Below are positions 38,996 to 52,051 of a stretch of 64,000 nt of DNA, in pieces. Location of the stretch: positions 49,543,743 to 49,607,742 of the forward strand of contig CM074515.1 of the NCBI GenBank assembly GCA_037379345.1, given 5' to 3'. Positions within the stretch are counted from its first letter, which is position 1. Every line of letters begins with the position of its first letter. The position numbers were made by a program, and so were the translations under genes. The notes under the pieces were generated by a model. It was not told where the DNA came from. It searched no databases and saw only the letters and a program-made list of their open reading frames with translations. This stretch comes from Perna viridis (taxonomy: Eukaryota).

Positions 38996-41130
38996 TTTAA
39001 AAATCAATACCTAGGAAGATGTAAAATTAATCAAAAGGTCTACCGCTTATTAATATTCTCGAACAACCTGGTTCATCTACAACCCTGATAAGTGATAATA
39101 TTCAAATCTGCCAGTTGTGCATTTTAACGATCTATTTGATAAGCACAAAAATACATCGGTTCGTTAGAAGTTGAGCCTGTACGCGCGATATTTCATTTTT
39201 ACCATAGCACAAAATTATTTATATCTTGCAAATACTTCGTAAGTCAGTATGACATATTAGATGTGCATTCAGTTGCACATGTCAGGAGAATTCATTTCTT
39301 CCGATATCACTAGACAATCCACTAGAAACTGAACAGACAAACATAATTAAGAGTCCGCCATCGACTGGAAAACCCAATATTTCCCATAAACATGTCTGCA
39401 TTTTATCGTCGATAATCATGGAAGATGTACTGTGATTAGAACGAATGTCATGTTTTTCGAACTTCTGATTTTTCGAATTCTTTCGAAAGGTTTGTTCAGT
39501 AGATTTTGATCAATAAAGGAAGATAGCGTGAAATGATTTATATAACAAAATGTAATATTCTGATATTTGATTCATTAAACACGATAAAACTACAATTAAA
39601 TAAAAACAGTTTGTTAACACCAAGACAGGAAACTTGATAGAAAATATTAGTGTATTGTTGTTACTGCTTGAAACAAACTCAGTGTTATTGAAACTTTCTA
39701 ATTTGCTGGGTCTTATTCAAAATAGTGTACTACTCGTCCTAACATGTAATTTCCATGTACAAGTAAACAATTATATTTGAACCAAAACATATTCTAAGTT
39801 GACAGATTTTTTTTTCTCTCATCGCCCAATAAATGTCTTTCATATTAATAACATCATTTCCTATTTCAACCTAAAATACATATACAATAAAAAAAAAAAA
39901 AAGAACGGATATGATGAAAAATAACGTGTGAATTAAAACAGGACATCTTCCAATTCGTACAACAGTCTAGGTTAGAGTTATTTTTTAATCTATTTATCTA
40001 TTATTTATTTATTTATTTTGTCTCTCTCTCTTACCGCGGAATATTATGTCTTCCATAAAAGGCGTTATTTCCTATTTTGATCTACATTGTATTTTTTTCT
40101 TAAAAAAAGAATCTATTATATAAAATTTCCTTGATTTCGATCGCTTTAAAATAATCAAAAATATGAACGGTAATTTATAGAAAAAAGAAAAAGTAAATTA
40201 AACTATGAATGAACAGGAATGAATATTCAATGTATGTTTTCATCATGCATTTTATTTAACAATCGGTACTTCTTCCTTTTGTTCGTGCATTAAAAAAAAA
40301 CTTATCTTCTTTCTTATTTTATTATTGATATTTTGAAAATGATTATATCGTGGACGAATACAAACGAATTCATGAAAAAAACTCGTAGAATATACATTCA
40401 TCGTTATCTATTTCTAATAAATAAATATGAATTTACAATGAAAATATTTTTTTATATACACTCAATTACAATGCAAATAGTTTTTACTAATTCTTCATTC
40501 ATTAAGTACATGTATTTGATATATATTTTTAGTCGATAAGAAAAAAAAAAGAAAACCAACAACGGTTATTTGAATTTTCTGTTTTATTTATTTGAATATC
40601 ATAGATTCCGGCAAGGCATTGATCATTAAGAACCCCGGTCTTCAGCTTGTGACATCAATTTAACAAATTTATAAGACAACTCAATTCATAACTCCAAATT
40701 TTTACATGGCTTCAAATGTCCATTGATACTACTTGTTAAAAAATTGTTTCTAATAAATATTTAATATAAATCTTACTGAATTCAAGTGTCAAAAAGAACT
40801 GTCATTATTTTTTTGTTATTCAAAAAAAAATATATATATATAATATATAGAAAGCCTTTGACAGATATTTTGAAAAATAAATAAGCATTGTAACTATATC
40901 TAATGCTCATATATTAAATAACTGAGCTAAATCTACTTTTGTACAATTTGCAGTAGTCTGGTAAAGTACACGCACGTTTTTCGAGCCTGTATTCAGTGCT
41001 TAGTACCTCGATATCAATTCTACATATTGATATTAATAACCATTTTTTTTTCTTACTGATTTGCAAAATATATTTCTATTAATGGTTTTTGTTCCATGTG
41101 ATTCATTTTTGTTCATTTTTTACTTTACTC

Positions 41131-41171
41131 AAATTCAATGCTCTTGAATGCTATTCAAGAGCATTGAATTT
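41131..41171. repeat. Perfect 19-bp inverted repeat with 3-nt loop
   Basis: AAATTCAATGCTCTTGAAT-GCT-ATTCAAGAGCATTGAATTT. Confidence 0.95.
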
Positions 41172-43444
41172 TAGTCCCGAATTTTTTTATCATATTTTCA
41201 AGAACGAAATAACAACATACTTGCAGGACATATGTTCATATAATTTTTACATCTCGATTTGAATAAAACTCAACTTTGTACCGTACACGTAACGTCAATG
41301 AGTACACATGTGGTCTTCTAGAACTGATGGCAAGTTGACACAAGTCTAGACATATTCTAGACAACACGTACCTGTTACTTCTCGGCCCTATTTATTTATG
41401 GGGCCTTCCTTGTAGGCCCTGTACATTTTGAAAGTTCGTCAAGGCTATAGGCTTGACCCGAAGAAAATACTTCTGGATTCTGCTTTTTATAACAGTCATT
41501 CCCTTCGTTGTTTTCAGTCATATTTGCAAAATGTTGCTTTTTATCTTTCGCTCTATTGACTTTCAGCGACATTTACAAAAGTACCGGACTACTTCGGCGA
41601 AATTTTGTGTGAAGTCAACAGAAAATAAATCATTACTGTCATAGAGTTGCTATTCAAATTTAGAGACCAAATGTGTCTTTTAATTTAGATAATACTTCCA
41701 AAATGCAGGACAGTCTGAAAACTATATTATACAACCTTCTATACAGACACCAAGCAGAAATGTTTTTAAAAAATGCAACCTATTAATTTGAACACACGTG
41801 CAGTTTTGTTTCTTTCGCTAGAAAGGCAATTCTATTTCATAGATCATAACAATCAACATTTTTATAACGTTTTAGATGAGGTTAAAATGGATTGGCTGAT
41901 CTGATGCAACCTACAACATACATTTTATACGAACTAAGAATATTATGAAAATAAATACATGAGGAAATAACTAAGGTGCTGTTACTTCCGAAATAAACTC
42001 AAATGATCTGACCTTTCTACAGAATTTTGTCGATCATAGTTTTAGTAGATGCCTTAAGTTTTCAGACAGTCTAAACCAAATACATTCTAATGAACAAATC
42101 AGTGTACACGTGTTCGAGTCCTAATGTACTTTCGAAAACCTGGCATTGGCTCATATCTTCTAAATCTTGAATTTCTGGTATGCCAAAAGCTCAATTTAGA
42201 CTATATGAATGAACAAATTTTCCCTCAAGGTCATAAAAGGAATAATTTCGTCTACATCAGACAAGGAAGATCCTATTGTTTTGACTTGTCAATAGGTCCA
42301 CTGGACTTATTACAAGATCTGCTTCAATTATTAGCTGTCTAAAGTACAGTAATTCATAAGATGACGCATGCCGGCAAAAATGTTCATTTTGTGACTTGAG
42401 GGAGTAGAAATTTAAAATTTATAGGGTGGTGCTGAAGCCAAAATTTTTATCCTGGATTTTTACTCATGTTATGGTAGAAATGACTGGATTTTCTCTGAAT
42501 ATTTAGCTCCACAAGTTTCTCCTGGACTTTCTACAACAACGCGAAGACAAGATAAGAAATGACGAAAATCTGGTCCTTCTTTTTTATAATCAAATTTTAT
42601 GGAAGCACCCCTTAAATAAAACTAATGTTCCCTAATTTGTTTGCAAATGGTTTCAAAACTGCATGCATATTTTAATGTTAGTCCATCTCCACTCGAGTAG
42701 TCACTGGTTCTATTTTTGTCTTCTGGACTTAGTTGTCTAACGCCGGTGCATCATTAACTTAAGGTTCAGATCTCTAGACATGCATGTGATATTGTTTGAA
42801 TTCCTGACGTCTAGACTTTTTGATAAAAAGCTTTTGTCTTTTAAGTTTCAACTTCAACCTATCTAACCAAAATTGCTGACTCATCATCTTTTTTACTAAG
42901 TAACTCCAGTTTTAAGGCGATAAAACTTCCGTTGGCAAAAAATACCAGTCATCTGTCATTGAATTAAAAATATAAATAAAATCGAACTAAATTGCTTTTA
43001 AAAGTGCATACAAAATTTATTTATAATTAGAATTCTGTATAGAATACATGTTTTCTTTCCTAGAGTACATACATGTATCCGCCATCCTATATGTCTGCAA
43101 GGAAATCCGGGTTTTAACAGAGACGAAAAAAAAATAACCTGAGTGGGTCCACTTGAGTATAACCACAAGAATAGCTTAAGTTTAATAAGAAAAGGGAGGT
43201 ATTTATTTTCTTCGCTGTTTGGGCGTCGGCAACATTAATGTTTGGTGGTTTCAGGAATAAATCTAAACAAGATTGTTACAGCTGTAAATGTACCCGATAA
43301 TGATTGGAGGTTTAATGTAACATGTACCGAATAATAGTTGAGAAGAAGGATATACTAAGTTGTTCTAAACACTTATTAGAAGTGCAACACAGATATATGA
43401 ATGGTAACCAAAGATGCCAGTTTCATAATAATTCACAATAATTA

Positions 43445-44277
43445 AACTTGAAGTGAAATACACAGGTTTTATCCCATAGAACTTGAAGTGTAATAAATAG
43501 GTAATACCCTATACACTGAAATGTAATACACATATTTATCCCATAAACTGAAATGTAATACACAGGTTTTACCTCATAGATCATGAAGTGTAATAAATAG
43601 GTTTTACCCCATAGACTGACATGTAACACACAGGTTTTATACCATATACTGAAATGTAATACACAGGTTTTATCCCATAAACTGAAGTGTAATAAATAGG
43701 TTTTACCCCATACACTGAAATGTAATACACAGGTTTTACCCCATGGACTGAAATGTAATACACATGTTGTACCCCATAGATCTTGAAATGTATTAAATAG
43801 GTTTTACCCAATAGACTGAAGTGTAATACACAGGTTTTATCCCATAAATTGAAGTGTAATAAATAGGTTTTACCCCATACACTGAAATGTAATACACAGG
43901 TTTTACCCCATACACTGAAATGTAATACACAGGTTTTAGCCCATGGACTGAAATGTAATACACATGTTGTACCCCATAGATCTTGAAATGTATTAAATAG
44001 GTTTTACCCCATAGACTGAAATGTAATACACAGGTTTTACCCCATAGACTGAAGTGTAATAAATAGGTTTTATCCCATAAACTGAAGTTTAATAAATAGG
44101 TTTTACCCCATAGACTGAAATGTAATACACAGGTTTTACCCCATAAACTGAAATGTAATAACCAAGTTGTACCACATAGATCTTGAAGTGTAATAAATAG
44201 GTTTAACCCCATACTCTGAAATATAATACACAGATTTTACCCAATGACCGGAAGTGTAATACACATATTTTACCCCA
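43445..44277. repeat. 33-bp minisatellite
   Basis: CCATAGACTGAAATGTAATACACAGGTTTTACC, ~25 copies. Explains the 11-aa-repeat ORFs 43423-44212. Confidence 0.97.
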
Positions 44278-45040
44278 GGTTGAAAACTAACATCTCGATG
44301 CAGAGTCCTTTACTAGCTGTATTGACTTGAGTTGGAATTGTAAAGTGGGCGTGTAATTGTCTTCATCCACAAATTTCATCTATTCTGTTATTGTAATATG
44401 GCAATATAATCCTATCCACTAGAAGTAATATATTCGCATCGTTCTGGCTAGGAAACACGACAGGGGGAAACGGAAATGGGATCAAGTTGCAAATGCATTC
44501 TAACATTCAATGAATAGAAAGTTACTGCAAGATCAATCGTAGGTGAAAAATAAGGATATGAGAATGAGAAAAAAAACAATACTTCTGTCAAGAATTTTGG
44601 CGCGGAGCGAGGAGCTAGCAAAGAAGTAATGGTAAAAATTTCAAAGAGTAAATCTATAATTTTAGAATCGGATCGGTCAAACTCCGGACAGATTCTTCCG
44701 AATAGTGCCCCCGAGGTTTTTCTGACGTAGTCGATTAGTTTCGCTTTTTACCTTTCGACCTTAAAGACGCTCTTCTACGGAAACGCAAGTCACCTGATCG
44801 CAGTTTTGTTTCCCAGTTGGAATTGGGAAACAAATTATATATATATAACATTGAAACTATGCCTTCTTCTTAAGGATAGTTTCAACCCTTCTCCAATACT
44901 TATTTAGGTTAAGTAAACACTTTCTCGTATTCTACATATACCAAATTTACGGCTACTCAACAAGTCACAAATACATATGAAAACTTCGTGTAAACCACGT
45001 GTTGTTACATGTACCATACTGAAGTTTCACTCCTTCTTAC

Positions 45041-45144
45041 CTCTGCCACACTCTGGGCTAAACTCCACCCACCCCTTTATACAAATTAGTACCAGCTTCG
45101 CGCACTTGAAATGAGTAGTGCTCACGCCCTGTATTTTTTACACC
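45041..45144 (-). other. Candidate exon
   Basis: Acceptor GTTAGCTTACAG| and strong donor GCAGAG|GTAAGA. GC-rich, with stops in all frames. Confidence 0.35.
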
Positions 45145-45989
45145 CTGTAAGCTAACGGAGTGATACATATGTAGTAAATCTGAAAGCGGTTATATATATT
45201 AGTCACATGATCCTCATTTCCAAGTCCGAAACGACAATATTTTGACTAATACAATATATTGCTAAAGGAACTTTAAAACGAGTTTATATATATTTGTATT
45301 TAATGCATCTGTTGCAAGATTCTTGCAAATTATATGGCTTTGAAAAAAGGCTATATAATATTTTGCCCTGAAATTGAGTGAAAACATGACTGATCCCAAC
45401 TTCAGGTTAATAATGTGCTTGAAAAAGGGCAATTACGTGATACAAATCACGGTTGTAAGCAGTAATATCCCAATCATACAATACCTTATTTGGTTTCAAT
45501 GATTATTGCAATATAATAATATTTTGCAATTAGAAAATCCCGTTGTGTTTATTTACAATTTTTAAAAATCACACTTCATTGGCATTTCCAATCTATAGTG
45601 AAATAAAACATAACCTCGAGTAACGTGGACAATCTGTTCTCTACTGTTAAACCAGTGTAAAAAGAATCCTTAATCGAAAAGGATGTGAATTCAGTCAGAC
45701 ACCGGGGATTAATCTAAAACATGGACGAAATACCTCTATTTTCATAGGAGTGAGCCTTACTCGCGTTGGCTTTATATTGAAAGTTAAAAAGCAACATTGA
45801 AGGGTCAGTATGACCTTTTTATTAAATATGTAATTATTGATTAGATGAAGTATTTGACCACCTAAATTGTTGTCTGACTGTTAAATGTATGTTTAGTTAT
45901 ACAGTCGTACTACGTGTATTAAAAGCCATACTGTTTGTTTCATGCTGATATTTAATTTGCTACAAAGAATTAAAAATTTAGTCGGTACA

Positions 45990-47163
45990 AATGTACCTAC
46001 ATTAGAACGGTGTCTCAGGACCGGCATCCGTACTTGGTACCTCCATTAATAAGGTGACACAGGGCCAGCATCCGTACTTAGTACCTTCATAAGAATGGTA
46101 AAACAGGACGGCATCCGTACTTGGTACCTTCATTAGAACGGTGACACAGGACCGGCTTCCGTACTTGGTACCTTCATAAGAATGGTAATACAGGACGTCA
46201 TCCGTACTTGGTACCTTCATTAGAACGGTGACACAGGACCGGCTTCCGTACTTGGAACCACAATAAGAAAGGTGATTTGGGGCCGGGCAACCATATTTTG
46301 CGCCTACATTAGAACGATGACGCAGGGCCGGGTATTCGTACTTGGTACCAACATTAGAACGGTGACGCAGGTTCGGCATCCGCACTTGGTACCCTCATAA
46401 GAATGGCAACAGAACGGCATCCGTACTTGGTACCTTCATAAGAATGGTAACAGAGGATGACATCTTTACTTGGTACCCTCATGAGGATGGAAACACAGGA
46501 CGGCATCCGTATGGTACCTTCATTAAAACGGTGACACAGGGCCGGCACCGTACATGGTACCTTCATTAAAACGTTGACACAGGGGCGGCATCCGTACTTG
46601 GTACCTTCATTAGAACGGTGACACAGGACCGGCTTCCGTACTTGGTACCTTCATAAGAATGGTAATACAGGACGTCATCCGTACTTGGTACCTTCATTAG
46701 AACGGTGACACAGGACCGGCTTCCGTACTTGGAACCACAATAAGAAAGGTGATTTGGGGCCGGGCAACCATATTTTGCGCCTACATTAGAACGGTGACGC
46801 AGGGCCGGGTATTCGTACTTGGTACCAACATTAGAACGGTGACGCAGGTTCGGCATCCGCACTTGGTACCCTCATAAGAATGGCAACAGAACGGCATCCG
46901 TACTTGGTACCTTCATAAGAATGGTAACAGAGGATGACATCTTTACTTGGTACCCTCATGAGGATGGAAACTCAGGACGGCATCCGTATGGTACCTTCAT
47001 TAAAACGGTGACACAGGGCCGGCACCGTACATGGTACCTTCATTAAAACGTTGACACAGGGGCGGCATCCGTACTTGGTACCTTCATAAGAACGGTGACA
47101 CAGGGTCAACATCTATACTTGGTACCTTCAGTAGAACGGTGACATAAAGTATTTATTACTTGG
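45990..47163. repeat. ~44-bp minisatellite with a 477-bp higher-order duplication
   Basis: CCGGCATCCGTACTTGGTACCTTCATTAGAACGGTGACACAGGG units. The variant series recurs with period 477 (e.g. CAATAAGAAAGGTGATTTGG at 46261 and 46738). Confidence 0.97.
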
Positions 47164-47804
47164 TTTTCAAAGTTTGAGTACATATCCTTTAAGAAACGGT
47201 AGTGATATAATGGTATTATTCTGCAGACTAATCCTTCATACCATCCACTATTCGTAAATGGGATGCATTCGATATTTTGACAAGAAATTCAGAAACTATT
47301 TCAAATTCAAACGTGAACTAAAATAAAATGCATCACTAAATAATATTCAAGTCCCATTATACTTCTCGAGCGGATCTAGAAGACTAAACGTATTGTTAAC
47401 GCAGTTGCGACCCTCGGCTTAATTCCTGAATTACTACCTTTTTGGCGTCTACATCATTACCAATTGAAGTACATTTTTGTAGTCAATGTATATGTTTATC
47501 ATTACTTCCTTGAATACCCCGGTATACTAACTTCCATTTTCATACCAGCGCATATTGTGAGGTATTAAATGTGGTACAAAACGAACTAGTTATTAAACAC
47601 GTCTATGAATATATTAGGAAAAAGTAAAACGTTATAGCTTAATAGTTGGTTTTAAAGACATCATCATCAACAACTTCAGCATCATCACTGATATCATTAT
47701 CGTCATCATCGAAAGGAACATCTATATCAGGGCTTATACACTTGAACATGTTTGTCATGCTCGCATTATTTTTAAATATGTTATGTAAGAGAAGACTACA
47801 TAAT

Positions 47805-47857
47805 TTGGTATAACATGGTATAAGTTGGTATAACTTGGTATAAGTTGGTATAACTTG
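47805..47857. repeat. 10-bp tandem repeat
   Basis: TTGGTATAA(C/G) repeated ~5 times. Confidence 0.85.
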
Positions 47858-47901
47858 TGTCAGATCCATTACTTTATTAGTAATAAGTATATGTTTAAAC
47901 T

Positions 47902-48488
47902 AAACGGTGACACAGGGGCGACATCTACACTTGGTACCTTCATTAGAACGGTGACACAGGGCCGGCATCTATATTTGGTACCTTCATTAGAACGGTGACA
48001 CAAGACCGGCATCTGTACTTGGTACCTTCATTAGAACGGTAACACAGGACCGGCTTCCGTACTTGGTACCTTCATTAGAACGGTGACATAGGGTCGGCAT
48101 CTATACTTGGTACCTTAATTAGAACGGTGACACAGGACCAGTATCTATACTTGGTACCTACATTAGAACAGTAACATAGGGTCGGCATCTCTACTTGGTA
48201 CCTTCATTAGAACGGTGACTCAGGGCCCGGCATCCTTACTTGGTACCTCCACCCGAAAGGTGACTCATGGCGGGCATCCGTACTTGGTACCTTCATATAA
48301 AACGCTGACACAGGGCTGGTGCCTTCATTAGAATGGTAAGTCAAAGCCGGCATGCCCACTTGGTACCTTCATTAGATAAGGAACTCAAGGTCGACATCCG
48401 TACTTGGTACCTTCATTAGATAGGAAACTCAGGGTCGACATCCGTACTTGATACCTTCAGTAGAACGGTATTTTAGGATCGGGCATCT
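47902..48488. repeat. Second block of the same 44-bp minisatellite
   Basis: Same unit as 45990-47163, separated from it by ~740 bp of unique sequence. Confidence 0.95.
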
Positions 48489-48599
48489 TTTCCTGTGTTT
48501 CTGGTCCTGTTCCTGGTACTTTTATGTTGTATTTTCCTGTGGACGTTTTCCATACACATCTTTTTGTGTATAATATTCAATATAGGTTGATGATTAATA

Positions 48600-50662
48600 A
48601 CGAGACATATATTCAATGATCTAAGAACTTTTTTAATTATTTCAAATGTTGCTATAAGCTAGCAATGATATACGGCAAGTTACCGATCTTTTTTCTTAAC
48701 AACATACTGAACGCCAATGTTCAGTCTTGGAATTTGGGTTAAGGGATATATTTACGGTTAAGATGTTTCGACGACTGATACTGCCCTGGAAATAATGCCA
48801 TTCTGTCCTCTTGGTATTTTGAGTACCACCGGTTCTTTCTCACACATTAGAGCGTAGAATTATATCAATATTTAGAACACGTGATCAAGATTTTAGCTGC
48901 TGGCAACTTTCCTGTCTGGTGTTTTGGAATAGCTTCTGGTTCTGTCTGCAGTAATTTAGCTTCCTCATTCCTGTGTGTCTTCGTTATTTCCTTCAGCCAA
49001 ATTGAAACGAGGGTCTTAGCATGTAATTTGTGTGTTTATATTTTTGCATGGCCAGTATCTGAAATTTTGTATAAACTCTTGAACTCTATATGGTGAGTAA
49101 ATCTTGATACTTACTGGGGCCTAAACTTGTGACCTTTCTCTACATCTTATCAATGTCTGGCTTTATTATACATATATTAAGGAATGCAGCATAATGAAGT
49201 GCTTTAGGTGCAAGTATGAACATTGAATTTCCAACAAACCACATAATTTGACACAAATTTCTTATCATAGGATGAGTGGGATTCAACTGCTTTGAAACAG
49301 GATCCATCAACTTCTTAACTTAACCTTTAGATGCATTTTCCAGTTTGCCATTTTTTGTAAATATATTCGCTGTGATGTTTAAATACCTTTATGTACATAG
49401 GCACATTTTTTTGTTTCAAACAGCTGTGTGGCATACATATGCGGCGAAGCTAGTTTACTGACCTAAAGCGACAACTTATACAAATTTCCTTCAATGGAAA
49501 GCGTCCCAGTATGCCCATGTATCTAGCTGCTTCCGATTGTACGGTGGGAAAGCGTCCCAGTATGCCCATGTATCTAGCTGCTTCCGATTGTACGGTGGGA
49601 AAGCGTCCCAGTATGCCCATGTATCTAGCCACTTCCGATTGTACGGTGGGAAAGCGTCCCAGTATGCCCATGTATCTAGCCACTTCCGATTGTACGGTGG
49701 GAAAGCGTCCCAGTATGCCCATGTATCTAGCCACTTCCGATTGTACGGTGAAATTGTCGCCTTCAACTGAACAATCTATTTTACTAGAATTAATCGTTCA
49801 AGTACGAGAATAAACCTTGAAGTACGAGAATAAGCCTTGAAAAATTGTTTTTATAATTAAGTTAAATGATCCGAATCCGACTTTTTTTTTTAGCCTACAT
49901 GTACAATCATTATGAATAAAAGTTTTCCTGAAAATGATTTTAATATGAAGGTACATATCTTTTATAAATATTCATTTGAACGAAAGAGAACGAGGAGAAA
50001 AAATATTAAAACGGACACAATAATTTAATACAACTGTACAATCATATACAAATCTGGCAAACACTAAGTGATAACTTCAACTAACCAATCAATAAGCATC
50101 ACATTTTATATCATAAAATAAAAACAAAAACTTCAAATACCTCAATCCGTCCACAGGTACTTGAAGGTGACAAATATAACATGAGAAGAACTCACTGTTA
50201 GTTTTTTTTGTAAAAGTGTAGCTTTATGAAAACATGCTTTCCCCTAGATCAGCTCTTTCTTTCACTCTCCCTTTTCTAGTTTTTTTTTTTTTTTTTTTTT
50301 TTGTGCCAAATATTTTTCTAGATGTGGGTAATAAAGCTGTCTTGGATCTTTATAAAACTATTGCGCTGAATCAAGACATTAACATATATTCATATAGTGC
50401 TTCAACAAGTATCAGACAGTCTTTAAGATATTACTGAATTGGTCTTTGTACCCCTAGACAATACGTCGGACGGAACGACGTTCTTTCTCCCATCATCTTA
50501 CTTAATAAAATTTCTTGAAATATAATATTATTTATACTAAGGAGTTGTACGCTAGGTTTCTGGTTTGTGAGTGAATTGTCGTGAAGTAGAGACCGTTTGT
50601 TAGGGTAAATCCGATCACATTTCATAAGCTTTCTTTTGGGCAAATTTCAATTGTTATGAAAC
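48600..50662 (-). pseudogene. Decayed spliced pseudogene of unknown protein (possibly with an N-terminal CARD/death-fold-like region)
   Basis: Exon 50141-50662 (acceptor TTGCCCCCAG|, donor ATTGAG|GTATTT), intron to acceptor TTTTTCAAG| at 49835. Then long protein-like reading interrupted by stops and frameshifts (e.g. VKKLMDPVSKQLNPTHPMIRNLCQIMWFVGNSMFILAPKALHYAAFLNICII; HAKTLVSIWLKEITKTHRNEEAKLLQTEPEAIPK). Confidence 0.4.
49496..49750. repeat. 51-bp tandem repeat, 5 near-identical copies
   Basis: GGAAAGCGTCCCAGTATGCCCATGTATCTAGC(TG/CA)CTTCCGATTGTACGGTG. Confidence 0.98.
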
Positions 50663-51351
50663 CTGGGGGCAAGTTTTATCAGTAAATTTTATATTTGCCA
50701 AGTCAGCGAAATGTTGTTTCATTCACATACCAACAGAATTACACAATGAATAGAGCTACACCATTGCCTGTATCTACCATGATCTTTGATTTCGACAACT
50801 TGATTTGTTTTGTTTTTTTTGTTTTTTTTTTTGTAGGTTCGAGGTTCCTTAAAATTAAGGTCGCAAGCAGGCTGTATACTTTAAATGCTTTTTTCTCTGG
50901 GGCAGAAATTTTTCTTTGACTTTGATATGCTTGTGCTGGGTTAGACATTGTAATTTTTGTAAAATACCCTCAAAATAAAAAAAAATATAAAAAACCAATG
51001 AAGTATTTCTAAGAGTATGAGAACATTAAGCATATTATTATTCATTTAATCTTTGTCTTATTTTTTCAAATAACACCAAACATTTTTTGTTGGAAAAATG
51101 TCCAAGATACCGAGTATCTATTTAATGAATGATACTTGTGAATGTTTCAAATATGACATCTCTTGTTGGTATTGGATTAATTTATCTTGACCCAAAGTTA
51201 TTTCCTGTGCCCAAGGACTAGTCTGATTATCATAGAGCATCACGACACAAAAAATAAATGTGTGTATCCAGACAGAGGCTAAACGGCCCCATTACTCTAA
51301 ACAATTTAGTTTGATACAGTTTCGTACTTTTATGTGTGAAATGTAATTATG

Positions 51352-51504
51352 CATGGGCAGATACAGCGGGATATCCTTCTTTCTGGACCCCCTTATACTC
51401 GAAAAGTTGGTTTCTTATATAGTAAAAAAAATGGAAGTCACTGGAGTGCCCACCCTCCGTTAGGTCAGCTGTCGCCCCATTCGGATTTTCTGGATCTGCC
51501 ACTC
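51352..51504. mobile_element. Degenerate short MITE (CAGGGGCGGATCCAG-type ends)
   Basis: Left CATGGGCAGATACAG and right CTGGATCTGCCACTC. GC-rich interior. Confidence 0.45.
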
Positions 51505-51946
51505 TGTTCCATTGGTCATCCTACACTTCATTCATTAGGTAAATGTTAAATTAGACAACATATATCTTGTAAATTGTGTTGTGCATGTTCTTTAAGCCCG
51601 TCTTTATAATGAAGATAATTCATGATGATGATGAAGAATATTGTTTTTATTACGTTCATTGAAGACATTTCTGCAAAATGCAGAACACAAATGCGATTAA
51701 TTTTAATCTGACTTGGAAAATCATATCAGTTCAATGGAATGCTATATTTATCTGTAGGATTTCCCATTAGCAAATTTAAAAAAAAAAAACAAGTTGACAT
51801 AGTTTTCAAATCGTGAATGACTTGCATTGGGTTGGGAAGAAACTATTTAACGATTGAAGATGAGAAATTGAATAGTTTATTTTTTCAATTCTTCTGGATT
51901 GATCTTTCAATTACTATGATGCAGGTATGAAATGACAAAATATTAC

Positions 51947-52051
51947 CTGTAATATTCTTCAATGGTCAAAACTGCGAAACATGTGCGACATAAGAATAAA
52001 AAATGCTGGACGCCATATTTAAGCAACCTCTATTTTGACTGAACCGGAAGT
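51947..52051 (-). promoter_or_regulatory. Candidate promoter and first exon (leftward)
   Basis: ETS motif ACCGGAAGT (52043-51), YY1-like AAATATGGCG on the minus strand (52011-20), donor TTACAG|GTAATA at 51947. Confidence 0.45.

Noticed and set aside
13846-48488. Regular 33-47-bp repeat arrays as CRISPR arrays
   Set aside because: Units are head-to-tail with no unique spacers, there are no cas genes, and the context is eukaryotic.
26505-49813. ORFs with periodic peptides (26505-27152, 29269-30084, 31452-31634, 43423-44212, 46002-46862, 49491-49813) as genes
   Set aside because: They are translations of minisatellites, open in multiple frames or strands and broken by unit-length variation.
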